From the NCBI GenBank assembly GCA_965248065.1, contig OZ252088.1, forward strand, positions 1,406,368 to 1,470,367: DNA of 64,000 nt. The letters run 5' to 3'. Of this stretch, positions 38,599 to 47,466 are shown piece by piece. Both the position numbers and the translations under genes were made by a program. Numbering within the stretch: position 1 is the first letter of the stretch; each line of letters starts with the position of its first letter. The notes under the pieces were generated by a model. That model saw only the letters and a program-made list of their open reading frames with translations, was not told the DNA's origin and ran no database searches. This DNA comes from Dehalococcoidia bacterium (GTDB lineage: Bacteria; Chloroflexota; Dehalococcoidia; Lucifugimonadales; Australimonadaceae).

Positions 38599-39065
38599 CG
38601 CTTTCCTCCTACGCTCCGCCGGAACGTGGCGCTGTAAGCGCGTGCAAGAAACAGACGAATCCCATTGCTGGAATGTCATGCGGCAAGGTACCGGCGCAAA
38701 GCGCACATGTCAATCATCGTTTATCGGCAACCGTAGGGGCGGACCGACTGCGGCGCCCCCTCTCCGTCATTCCCGCGGCAGGCGGGGATCTCGCATTGCT
38801 CCTCCCCCGTCTGGAGACCCTTGCGTAGACCTCGAACTGGCGCGTGGCGAGCCTGTCGAATCATGGACCGGCTTGGGATTCTCGGGAGTGCAGAGGGCTT
38901 TGCCCTCTGCCGGGGGCGTGGGGGTGTCCCCTACACCTTACGGGGCGGGAGGGTGGGAAAGTTACGCAAAGGTCTCCTCTGCGGGGGACGCCGGTAGGAT
39001 AGCCGTCATTGGAGGATCGCGAGCCGGGGCTGGCGAGATGCCGGCCCCGGCTGATACGCATGCAG
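38599..39065. repeat. intergenic repeat mosaic
   Basis: Degenerate palindrome at 38769-38789 and hairpin CCTCCCCCGTCTGGAG. The segment 38850-38935 recurs at 40740-40850 and, inverted, at 55440-55540. Confidence 0.7.
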
Positions 39066-40331
39066 CTAGTTGACGTTGAGGTCGCCGACCCCGCTGATCT
39101 CCAGGAGGATGTCCTTCACGCTCTGATCGAGCGCCTGGACCCGCCTAACGATGTCGAGAATAGCCTCGCTCCTTCCGTACCCGTAGGAGTTCTCGTATCC
39201 CGCGATGATGACCGACTCGATGAAATCGGGGTCGATCATCATCTGGTCGAACTGCGACTGCCAGTACTGCGTGACGTCGTCGGGCACGCCTACCGGCATG
39301 ATAAACGCCCGGGATATCTCGCTGATGAGCAGGTTAGCCTGCAATGCTGTGAGCTGGTCCTGGTTCACGTCGAGGCCGGGCAATTCGAGGAAGGACGGCA
39401 GAGGGCCGGTGTGGCCGAGCAGCGTCAGATACTCGTCGTTCACGGGGGTCCTCACGTAGAAGAGGGGGACGAGACGCCCGTCTTCTATCCACTCAGGGAA
39501 GAGCCGAGGAACGACGGACGGGCCGCAGCGGCTGGTCACGTCCAGCTCGCCGCCGCGGTCGAAGGCGGCCATAATCTCGGAGGTGCCGCCGTAACCGTAG
39601 ACCATCTTGAAGGGCCCGCCGTTGGCTTCCATGAACTCCACGGCGGGATCGTTGCCCGGCGCGGTGGACCCCTTCCGCATGGGCCGGCCCAACGCGAGAA
39701 CTTCTTCCCATGACGTGGCGACGCTGCGGTCGACGCAGGTCACGTCGCCGCTGCCGATGGTGAAGCTCGGCGACCCCAGGATGTAGATCGCCTCCAAGTC
39801 AAAGTTGGGGATGTCGCCGACTATCGTCTGGCGCTGGAACCATCGAGAGTGCACGGGGCCAATCGTCAGGCCGTCCGGTTCGGAGTCCAAGACTGCCCGC
39901 AGGCCGCGGTACTGGCCTGCGCCGGGCAGGTTCTGCACCACGAGCCGCGTGTCTTCAGGGAAGTAGCGATCCACCGCCGCGGCCACCAACCGGCTGAATA
40001 CGTCATATCCGCCGCCGGGGCTCGTGCCCGTGATGATCCGGATCGTCTTGCCGCCGAAGTATTCATCGGCGTCAAAACCGGGCGGAGGCGGAACAGGGGT
40101 TGGCGTCGGTGTCGCCTGCGGGGCCGGAGTTGGCGTTGGCTGAGGCGGAAGGGTGGCGCCGGGCGGGAGCGCAGTGGGCGTCGGTACTGGAGTGGCGGTG
40201 GCTTCCGGGGCCGGAATAGGCGTCGCCGTGGGCCTTGGGGTTGGCGTTGGGTCGCTGCCGCCGCAAGCCACGACCACGAGGGTAATGGCGAGGGCCATCG
40301 CGCCGGGTCCAAAGTATCGGCTGATGCGCAT
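39066..40331 (-). CDS. tctC: TctC/Bug-family substrate-binding lipoprotein, paralogue 2
   Basis: Start trimmed to MRISRYFG at 40331. High identity to paralogue 1 by eye along the whole mature domain. Confidence 0.8.
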   Translation of the reverse strand: MRISRYFGPGAMALAITLVVVACGGSDPTPTPRPTATPIPAPEATATPVPTPTALPPGATLPPQPTPTPAPQATPTPTPVPPPPGFDADEYFGGKTIRIITGTSPGGGYDVFSRLVAAAVDRYFPEDTRLVVQNLPGAGQYRGLRAVLDSEPDGLTIGPVHSRWFQRQTIVGDIPNFDLEAIYILGSPSFTIGSGDVTCVDRSVATSWEEVLALGRPMRKGSTAPGNDPAVEFMEANGGPFKMVYGYGGTSEIMAAFDRGGELDVTSRCGPSVVPRLFPEWIEDGRLVPLFYVRTPVNDEYLTLLGHTGPLPSFLELPGLDVNQDQLTALQANLLISEISRAFIMPVGVPDDVTQYWQSQFDQMMIDPDFIESVIIAGYENSYGYGRSEAILDIVRRVQALDQSVKDILLEISGVGDLNVN

Positions 40332-41020
40332 CGCTCTCCTCCTACGCTCCGCTGACATCGCTGAAACGTGGCGCTCTAAGCGCGTGCAAGGACACGAATC
40401 CCATTGCTGGAATCTTACGCGGCAAGGTACCGACGCGAGCCGCGCATGTCAATTGTGGCTTATCGGCGGTTGCCGGGCGGACGGAGCTCGGCGGCCCTTC
40501 TCCTTTCGTCATTGCTTCGAAAATAGGCCTCTCGCAGAGGTAGTCAGCCGTACCAATCCGTCATTCCCGCGGAGGCGGAAATCCAGGTGTCAGCGCTCCG
40601 CTCGCCTATTTTCGTCGGTTATGGTGTGGGCCGGCAGGCCCACATGAGGGATTCCCGCGCAGGCGGGAACCTCGCCCCCTCCCGTTCCCCTCCTTACCAA
40701 GGAGGGGCTAGGGGTGGTTCCGTCTGAGAGACCTTTTGCGTAAACCTCAAACTGGTTCGTGGTGGGCCTGTCGGACCATGAACCAGCTTGGAATATTGGG
40801 GAGCGCAGAGGGGCGCTCCCCTCTGCCGGGGGCGTGGGGGTGTCCCTCACAACACAGTGGGTGGGTGGGTGGGAAGAGTTACGCCCGCCAGAAATAGGGT
40901 TACGCAAAGGTCTCGTGTCTGCGGGGGAGAGTTAGAGAGGGGGCTCCCTGCGGAGAGACCAGAAGCCGGGGCCGGCGAGAACGCCGGCCCCGGCTCTACG
41001 AGTCCGGCTGGTCGATGCAG
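40332..41020. repeat. intergenic repeat mosaic
   Basis: Palindromes at 40563-40582 (degenerate) and 40651-40670. Hairpin CCCCTCCTTACCAAGGAGGGGCTAGGGGTGGTTCC at 40687-40721. Confidence 0.75.
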
Positions 41021-42277
41021 CTAGTTGACGTTGAGGTCGCCCACTCCGCTGATATCGAGCATGATGTCCTTCACGTTCTGCTCGAGGTTGCGGACGAGAT
41101 CGACGATTTCGAGGATGTCCTCGGACCTGCCGTACCCGTAGGAGTCCTCGTAGCCCGCGATGATGACCGAATCGATGAAATCGGGGTCGACCATCATCTG
41201 ATCGAACTGCGCCTGCCAGTACTGCTTCACGTCGTCGGATACGCCCGCCGGGAGGAGGAACGCGCGGGAGATCTCGGTGATGAGCAGATTGGCTCGCAAT
41301 GCCGCAAGCTGGTCCTGGTTCACGTCGAGGCCGGGCAGATCGAGGAAGGACGGCAGCGGGCCGGTGTGGCCGAGCAGCGCCAGGTATTCGTCGTCCACGG
41401 GCTTCGTCTCATAGAAGATCGGCACGAGGCGGCCCTCCTCGATCCACTCGGGGAAGAGGCGCGGAGCGGTGCCCGGTCCGCAGCGGTTGGTCAGGTCGAG
41501 CTCCCCGCGGTCGAAGGCGGCCATGATCTCGGAGGTGCCGCCGTAGCCGTAGACGAGCTTGAAGGGCCCGCCGTTGGCCGCCATGAACTCCACCGCAGGC
41601 TCATTGCCCGGCGCGGTGGCCCCTTGGCGCAGGATGATGCCCTTGTCCAGGACTTCCTGCCAGGAAGAGGCGACGCTGCGCTGGATGCAGAATACGTCGC
41701 CGCCGACGGTGAAGCTGGGCGACCCCAGGATGTGGACCTCGTCGAAATCGAAGTTGGGAATGTCGCCGACGAGGGTCTGGCGCTGGAACCAGCGGGAGTG
41801 CACCGGGCCGATGGTCAGCCCGTCCGGCTCAGAGTCCAAGACTGCCTTCAAGCCGCGGTACTGGCCCGCGCCTGGAAGGTTCTGCACCACGAACCGTGTG
41901 TCTTCAGGGAAGTAGCGCTCCGCCGCTGCAGCCACCAAACGGCTGAACACGTCATACCCGCCGCCGGGGCTCGTGCCCGTGATTATCCGGATCGTCTTGC
42001 CGCCGAAATACTCCTCGGCGTCGAAGCCGGCGGGAGGCGGAACAGGGGTGGGCGTCGCCGTCGCCTGGGGCGCCGGGACTGGCGTCGCCGTTGGCTGAGG
42101 AGTGGCGCCGGGCGGGAGCGGCGTGGGTGTCGGTACGGGGGTCGCGGTTGCTTCCGGGGCCGGAATGGGCGTCGCCGTAGGGCGGGGGGTCGGCGTCGGA
42201 TCTCCGCCGCAAGCGGCGGCGACGAGGGCTATGGCGAGAGCAATCGCGCCAAGGCCGAAATATCGGCTGATGCGCAT
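41021..42277 (-). CDS. tctC: TctC/Bug-family substrate-binding lipoprotein, paralogue 3
   Basis: MRISRYFGLGAIALAIALVAAAC-GG. Same architecture as the other two, more diverged. Confidence 0.8.
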   Translation of the reverse strand: MRISRYFGLGAIALAIALVAAACGGDPTPTPRPTATPIPAPEATATPVPTPTPLPPGATPQPTATPVPAPQATATPTPVPPPAGFDAEEYFGGKTIRIITGTSPGGGYDVFSRLVAAAAERYFPEDTRFVVQNLPGAGQYRGLKAVLDSEPDGLTIGPVHSRWFQRQTLVGDIPNFDFDEVHILGSPSFTVGGDVFCIQRSVASSWQEVLDKGIILRQGATAPGNEPAVEFMAANGGPFKLVYGYGGTSEIMAAFDRGELDLTNRCGPGTAPRLFPEWIEEGRLVPIFYETKPVDDEYLALLGHTGPLPSFLDLPGLDVNQDQLAALRANLLITEISRAFLLPAGVSDDVKQYWQAQFDQMMVDPDFIDSVIIAGYEDSYGYGRSEDILEIVDLVRNLEQNVKDIMLDISGVGDLNVN

Positions 42278-42709
42278 CGGTTTTTCCTCCTGGGTTTACG
42301 CTGACATTACCTGGGCATGCGATACGTTATACGCATGCAAAGCCCGTTCGGATTCATCTGGTGAAATCTCGCGCGGCAAGGTACCGGCGCAAGGCAGGAG
42401 TGTCAATTGCCCCGCCCCCACTCGTCATTCCCGCTCCCCCTCCGTCATTCCCGCGCAGGCGGGAACCTCGCGCCCAACCCCCTCCCGTCTGCGGGAGGGG
42501 ACGCGCAAGCGCAGCGAAGCGCGGGGGAGGAGAAGCGGCGGCGCGCAGACCTCCCCCCGTCATAACCCGCCGCGCCCCACGTACCTGTAGGGGCGTCCCT
42601 TGTGGGCGCCCCCGCCCAATAGGTTCGCCGTCCCCAACGCTCCCGTCCCCTCCTTGCCAAGGAGGGGCTAGGGGTGGTTCCGTCTGCGCGGGGGAGGACA
42701 CCCACCCCC
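42278..42709. repeat. intergenic repeat mosaic
   Basis: Palindrome at 42447-42466, GC-hairpin module at 42481-42540, CCCCTCCTTGCCAAGGAGGGG module at 42647-42681. Confidence 0.75.
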
Positions 42710-42739
42710 TTGACGCCATCGACAACTCTATGTCATAAT
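42710..42739 (+). promoter_or_regulatory. near-consensus promoter TTGACG-N18-CATAAT with a TG extended -10
   Basis: TTGACG at 42710-42715 and TGTCATAAT at 42731-42739, in a locally AT-richer patch. Confidence 0.45.
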
Positions 42740-42787
42740 AACGTCACACGCCAGCATACACCCGACACACCGAACCCCCGAGCGGAC

Positions 42788-42826
42788 GAGCCGCCGGAGC
42801 CACAGCAAGGCCCGGCGGCTCTTTTC
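42788..42826 (+). terminator. intrinsic terminator-like hairpin with T-tract
   Basis: GAGCCGCCGG-(14-nt loop)-CCGGCGGCTC followed by TTTTCGTT. No coding gene lies upstream on this strand. Confidence 0.5.
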
Positions 42827-42861
42827 GTTCCGCCGGGCGCCGCCCACGGAAGGAGGACCCC

Positions 42862-44394
42862 ATCAAGCTCCCACGCCCCAAGGACACCCCCATCGACCTC
42901 TCACCCTACCGCGACGACCCCCTCGGCTTCGTCAAAGACATCCTCTCCGGATCAGGGACGCCCTACGCCAAGCAGGAAGAGCTGCTCCGCGCCCTCGTCA
43001 GCGAGAAGCGCCGCGTCTCCGTTGTCGGATGCAACTCCTCCGGCAAGGACTGGGCCGCCGCTCGCGCCATACTCTGGTGGATCGAGACACGCCCCAAAGC
43101 CAAGGTCATCGTCACCGGACCCACCCTCCGGCAGGTCAAGGAGATCGTCTGGGAGGAGCTCCGCGCCGCCCACGCCGCCGCCAAACACCGGCTCTCCGGC
43201 GCCGTCCGCGTCGGCGAGTACCGCGCCGGCCCCGACCGCGTCGGCCTCTGCATCACCTCCAACAACCAGCACAACCTCCAGGGCTTCCACTCACCCGAGC
43301 TCCTCGTCATCGTCACCGAGGCCCAGGGCGTCAAGCAGCCCTACTTCGAAGCGCTCAAACGCCTCAACCCCAAGAAGATGCTCCTGTTGGGCAACCCCCT
43401 CAGCCTCACCGGCGAGTTCTACGACTCCCATCACGGCAAGAGCCCCCTGTACGAGCGCGTCTCCATCTCGGCCTACGACTCCCCCAACGTCCAAGAGGGC
43501 CGCCTCGACGCCCTCCCCGGCCTCGTCACGCCCGAGGACATGGAGGAGCGCCGCCAGGAGTGGGGCCCGGACTCCCCCCTCTACATCGCGTCGATCCTCG
43601 GCCAGTTCCCCGAAGCCCTCGAAGACTCCCTCACCTCCCGCCCCCACGTGGACGCCGCCATCGAGCGCTGGCGCCGCGAGTCCCCTTCCGTCATTCCCGC
43701 TCTCTCTTCCGTCATTCCCGCGCAGGCGGGAACCTCGCAGCCCATCCCCCTCCTTACCAAGGAGGGGCTAGGGGTGGTTCCGTCTGCGGGAGGGGACGCG
43801 CGAGCGCAGCGAAGCGCGGGGGAGGCGGCCCCCCTCATCCCGCCCAGCGACGGCCCCCACCTCAACCAGCCCTGGCGCATGGGCGTCGATGTCGCCCGGT
43901 TCGGCAACGACAAGTCTGTCATCTGCCTCCGGCGCGGCGACCGCGTCGAGCGCATCATCGCCTTCGAGCGCAAGGACACCATGCGCCTCGCCGACGAGGT
44001 CCGCGAGCTCGCCGAGACCCTGCGCGTCCCCGCCGTCTTCGTCGACGAGACCGGTGTCGGCGGAGGCGTGGTCGACCGCCTGAAGCAGCTCCGCGTCCCC
44101 GTCATCGGCGTCGAGGGGGGAGGCAGGGCCTACCGCCCCGCCCAGTTCGCCGACATGCGGGCCGAGACGTTCTGGGAGGTGGCCCGCCGCCTCCGCGAGG
44201 GCCAGATGTCCCTCCCGCCCGACGACGACCTTGCGGGCCAGCTCCTCGCCCAGCGCTACGACATCTCGTCGGCGGGGCGCATCCACCTCGAAAGCAAGGC
44301 GACCCTCCGCCGCCAAGGCGTCCCCTCCCCCGACAAAGCCGACGCCCTAGCCCTCGCCTTCATGGAGCCCCCCAACATGAACGTATGGTTCTAA
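42862..44394 (+). CDS. phage terminase large subunit (orphan; no canonical start codon; carries a repeat insertion)
   Basis: The continuous frame runs from the stop at 42739-42741 to 44394. ATPase part has Walker A-like VVGCNSSGKD and Walker B-like LLVIVTEAQG. Nuclease part has MGVDVARFGNDKSV, VFVDETGVGGGV and SPDKADALALAF. No in-frame ATG, GTG or TTG occurs before 43378. GGAAGGAGGA lies 4 nt upstream of an in-frame ATC at 42862. Confidence 0.65.
   Translation: MKLPRPKDTPIDLSPYRDDPLGFVKDILSGSGTPYAKQEELLRALVSEKRRVSVVGCNSSGKDWAAARAILWWIETRPKAKVIVTGPTLRQVKEIVWEELRAAHAAAKHRLSGAVRVGEYRAGPDRVGLCITSNNQHNLQGFHSPELLVIVTEAQGVKQPYFEALKRLNPKKMLLLGNPLSLTGEFYDSHHGKSPLYERVSISAYDSPNVQEGRLDALPGLVTPEDMEERRQEWGPDSPLYIASILGQFPEALEDSLTSRPHVDAAIERWRRESPSVIPALSSVIPAQAGTSQPIPLLTKEGLGVVPSAGGDARAQRSAGEAAPLIPPSDGPHLNQPWRMGVDVARFGNDKSVICLRRGDRVERIIAFERKDTMRLADEVRELAETLRVPAVFVDETGVGGGVVDRLKQLRVPVIGVEGGGRAYRPAQFADMRAETFWEVARRLREGQMSLPPDDDLAGQLLAQRYDISSAGRIHLESKATLRRQGVPSPDKADALALAFMEPPNMNVWF
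43684..43830. repeat. repeat mosaic of about 147 bp inserted in frame inside the terminase gene
   Basis: Contains the half palindrome GTCATTCCCGC, the full palindrome at 43714-43733, the CCCCTCCTTACCAAGGAGGGGCTAGGGGTGGTTCC module at 43747-43781 and the GC-hairpin module at 43783-43830. It is translated as PSVIPALSSVIPAQAGTSQPIPLLTKEGLGVVPSAGGDARAQRSAGEA. Confidence 0.75.
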
Positions 44395-44637
44395 CCATGC
44401 CCCGCCGTTGCTTAACCCTCCGTCATTCCCGCGCCCTCATCCGTCATTCCCGCGCAGGCGGGAACCTCGCAGCGGCGCGACAGCGCCGCGGTCCCTCCCC
44501 CTCTCCCGTCTGCGGGGAAGAGCTAGAGAGGGCACCCCAACGAGACGGTTGCCCGGCGCAAGGTCCGCGCCTATCCTGCCAATCTCCTCTCCCTGCAATG
44601 GAGAAGAGGGCTAACGTGAGACCCAAGGAGGTCCGCA
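44395..44637. repeat. intergenic repeat mosaic
   Basis: Half palindrome at 44421-44432, full palindrome at 44446-44465, hairpin CTCCCGTCTGCGGGGAAGAG. Confidence 0.7.
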
Positions 44638-45660
44638 ATGACGACTACGGCGACGGCGTGCATCGATGCGGACGGCCACGTCCGCGACACGGACGAGGAC
44701 ATCCGGCGCTACTTGCGGGCGCCCTACAACGAGCGGCCCCGCCTGAGCGCGAACTCGCCGCGCGACGGATTCGACAACACCCTCGGCAACCGGCTCGGCA
44801 CGAGAGAAGTCGATACGTCCGTCTGGCTGGACGCGCTGGAGCGCGGGAGGCTCGATTTCGCCGCGCTCTACCCCACGGGGAGCCTCGGCGCGGGGTGGCT
44901 GCGCGAGCCCGGCTTCGCCGATGCGCGGGCGGCCGCCTACAACGATTGGCTGTTCCATACCTACCTGGAAGCGGACCCGCGCTTCAAGGGAGTCGCGATG
45001 CTGCCGGTCCAGGACCCCGCGCTGGCGGCGGCGGAGCTTCGGCGGGCCGTGGCCGAGCTGGGAATGGTCGGGGGGATGCTCCCCGAAGGGCCGTACCTGT
45101 TCGGCAAGCCGGAGTTCGACATCGTCTATGAGGAGGCGCAACGCTTGGGCGTGCCCCTCGCCATCCACGCGAGCGGCCGAATCACGGGGAGCTACGACGA
45201 GTTCCTGTTCGACAACCTGGCGCAGGTCCATTCGCTCGGGCACGCGTTCGTGCAGATGAAGCAGTTCGTGAGCATCGTGCTATCGGGCGTGCCGGAGAAG
45301 TTCCCCGATCTCAAGCTGGCGTTCTTGGAAGCCGGGTGCGGCTGGGTCCCGTACATGCTGGACCGAATGGACGAGCGCTATCACCTCAGAGGCCGGGAGG
45401 ACGCTCCGGTGCTGACCAAGTACCCGAGCGAGTACATGACATCCGGCAACATATTCGTATCCTGTGAGGCGGAGGAGCGTTTGCTGCCCGAGACGCTCCG
45501 CATCATCGGCGAGGACGTGGTGATCTACGCGTCCGACTTCCCGCATTGGGACGCCGAGTTCCCGGCGAACATCCAGCATCTGCTCGCGCGGGAGGACCTC
45601 ACGGAGGGCCAGCGGGCAAAGGTCGCCGGACAGAACGCCAAGCGGCTGTACAACCTCTAA
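44638..45660 (+). CDS. amidohydrolase-2 family protein
   Basis: N-terminal CIDADGHVRD and C-terminal YASDFPHWD. AAGGAGG RBS. Confidence 0.85.
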   Translation: MTTTATACIDADGHVRDTDEDIRRYLRAPYNERPRLSANSPRDGFDNTLGNRLGTREVDTSVWLDALERGRLDFAALYPTGSLGAGWLREPGFADARAAAYNDWLFHTYLEADPRFKGVAMLPVQDPALAAAELRRAVAELGMVGGMLPEGPYLFGKPEFDIVYEEAQRLGVPLAIHASGRITGSYDEFLFDNLAQVHSLGHAFVQMKQFVSIVLSGVPEKFPDLKLAFLEAGCGWVPYMLDRMDERYHLRGREDAPVLTKYPSEYMTSGNIFVSCEAEERLLPETLRIIGEDVVIYASDFPHWDAEFPANIQHLLAREDLTEGQRAKVAGQNAKRLYNL

Positions 45661-45709
45661 TCCCCTTCTCCCGTCTGCGGGGGAGGGCTAGAGGTGGGAG
45701 AGAAGCACG

Positions 45710-46543
45710 ATGTACGACCTGACGGGGAAGGTTGCGATGGTCACCGGGGCCGGGGGCGAGCGCGGGTTCGGCCGCGCGATCGCGAACCGCCTCGCGGACG
45801 AGGGAGCGGATGTCGTCGTGAACGACGTGACGTTGAACCCGTACGGAGACGCGGGCGGGTGGCATGGGCTGGAGGCGGTGGCGTCCGAGATAGCGGAGAA
45901 GGGACGCGGCTCGCTGGCTGTCGTCGGCGATGTCTCCGACAGCGCTCAGGTGGACCGTATGGTGGCCGATGCTATCGAGCGCTTTGGGCGGATCGACATA
46001 TTGGTCAACAACGCCGGCTCCCGCCCCGGCCCGGACCGCGTGCCGCTCATCGAGCTTACCGAGGAAGCGTTCGACGAGGTGCAGCGTGTGAACGTCCGGG
46101 GAACGTTCCTATGCACGCGGGCGGTCGCGCGGCACATGGTGGAGCGCGGCGGCGGGGGCAAGATTATCATCATCGCGTCCACCGCGGGGAAGCGCGGCAT
46201 GCCCCGGTATGCGGCGTATACGGCCTCGAAGTTCGCCTTGGTCGGGTTTACGCAATCGGTCGCCCATGAGCTTGGGCCGCACGGGGTGAACGTCAACGCA
46301 ATCTGCCCTGGGCTGGCGGAGACGGAGCGCGTCATCCACATAGCGGACGCGGTGCGGCCAAGCGGGAAAAGCGCGGATGAGCAGTTGCGGGACATGGTCC
46401 GCGAGCGATCTGCGGCGAATCCGATGGGGCGCATCACGGAGACGCGGGACATCGCGCGGATGGCGGCGTTCTTCGCGTCATCGGAGTCGGACTATATGAC
46501 GGGCCTGGCGGTGTCGGTCTCGGGCGGGGACGTGATGTACTAG
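45710..46543 (+). CDS. SDR-family oxidoreductase
   Basis: Cofactor-binding motif VTGAGGERGFG, NNAG, catalytic YAAYTASK. Confidence 0.9.
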   Translation: MYDLTGKVAMVTGAGGERGFGRAIANRLADEGADVVVNDVTLNPYGDAGGWHGLEAVASEIAEKGRGSLAVVGDVSDSAQVDRMVADAIERFGRIDILVNNAGSRPGPDRVPLIELTEEAFDEVQRVNVRGTFLCTRAVARHMVERGGGGKIIIIASTAGKRGMPRYAAYTASKFALVGFTQSVAHELGPHGVNVNAICPGLAETERVIHIADAVRPSGKSADEQLRDMVRERSAANPMGRITETRDIARMAAFFASSESDYMTGLAVSVSGGDVMY

Positions 46544-46578
46544 CGCGGGGAGGCCCGGCGCGGCCGGGCCTCCCCGCG
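46544..46578. terminator. bidirectional GC-rich stem-loop between convergent genes
   Basis: CGCGGGGAGGCCCGG-cgcgg-CCGGGCCTCCCCGCG, a 15-bp perfect stem. Confidence 0.5.
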
Positions 46579-46595
46579 CGGAGTGTTCGCGGCCG

Positions 46596-46751
46596 CTAGC
46601 CCATCTGGGCGACGGTCTTGCCGATGATGTTCATCCCGGTGCCGCAGACGGAGCACTTGCCCTTGATGATGGGCTTGCCGTTCTTCGTGGTCTCGTCGCC
46701 GGGGTTGTTCATCTCGCGCTTCTCACGACACTTGACGCAGTATGCCTGCAT
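46596..46751 (-). CDS. small zinc-ribbon protein (DUF5679-like), 51 aa, below the ORF-track size cut-off
   Basis: Reverse translation is MQAYCVKCREKREMNNPGDETTKNGKPIIKGKCSVCGTGMNIIGKTVAQMG, with CxxC...CxxC. GGAGGA RBS 4 nt upstream. Confidence 0.6.
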   Translation of the reverse strand: MQAYCVKCREKREMNNPGDETTKNGKPIIKGKCSVCGTGMNIIGKTVAQMG

Positions 46752-47044
46752 GCATTCCTCCTTCGGGGCCCCTCAGCCCTTGCTGCCTCCATCCTTTCCG
46801 AACGTGAATCGGTACTACAACACCTTTGCGGGTGTATTTTCGGCCAATTCTCGTTACTCCCAACCCGCGCCTGGGCGTGGATTCCGCCTCGATGACCCCC
46901 TGGGGGTGCTTGCGCAGCCGTCCGTGCGGTCGCTACGGCAGGGCTGGCGCTGCGACGCGCGGGGCTTCCGCAAGGGTCTGGTGAGGCCGTTTGCCCCGTG
47001 ACAAAGAGAGCCGTGATGAGCCCCCGCCCGGCGATCAGCCGTCT

Positions 47045-47446
47045 CTAGGCTGATTCCCCGGCAAGCCCTGCGTAGGCGATTGCCTCATCGTCGTTCGGGT
47101 CTGTCGCGCCGGATACGCCGACCGCGCCCACGAACGAGTCGCCATCCATGATGGGGACGCCGCCCTGGGCGAAGATGAAGCCTTGATGGATGGCTTGATA
47201 CATGAAGACGGGACGTGAAGCTCGCTCCGCGACCTCGACCGTGGGGCGGCGCGCGCCCGCGCAGGCCTTCGCCTTTCCCTGGGCTACCTCGACGGTCGTG
47301 AAGCGCGCGCCGTCCATGCGCAGGAAGCCTTGGAGCAGTCCATTCTCGTCGACGACCGCCGTTGTCGTCTTCAGCCCTAGCTCGGCGGACTTCGCCCTGG
47401 CCTGGCTGAGTATATCGAGGACGCGCTCTTCGCTGATGGCCATCAT
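47045..47446 (-). CDS. GlcG/HbpS-like (DUF336) haem-binding family protein
   Basis: 133 aa, ...AVVDENG.L..F.RMDGA....VEVAQGKA... and GGVPI..G...GAVGVSGA motifs. Confidence 0.8.
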   Translation of the reverse strand: MMAISEERVLDILSQARAKSAELGLKTTTAVVDENGLLQGFLRMDGARFTTVEVAQGKAKACAGARRPTVEVAERASRPVFMYQAIHQGFIFAQGGVPIMDGDSFVGAVGVSGATDPNDDEAIAYAGLAGESA

Positions 47447-47466
47447 TCTTCCTCTACGGCTGGGCT

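Noticed and set aside
42740-45700. Possible complete prophage or gene-transfer-agent cluster around the terminase gene.
   Set aside because: No portal, capsid, tail, small terminase, integrase or lysis genes are present. The flanking genes are ordinary metabolic and transport genes. Only an orphan remnant can be supported.
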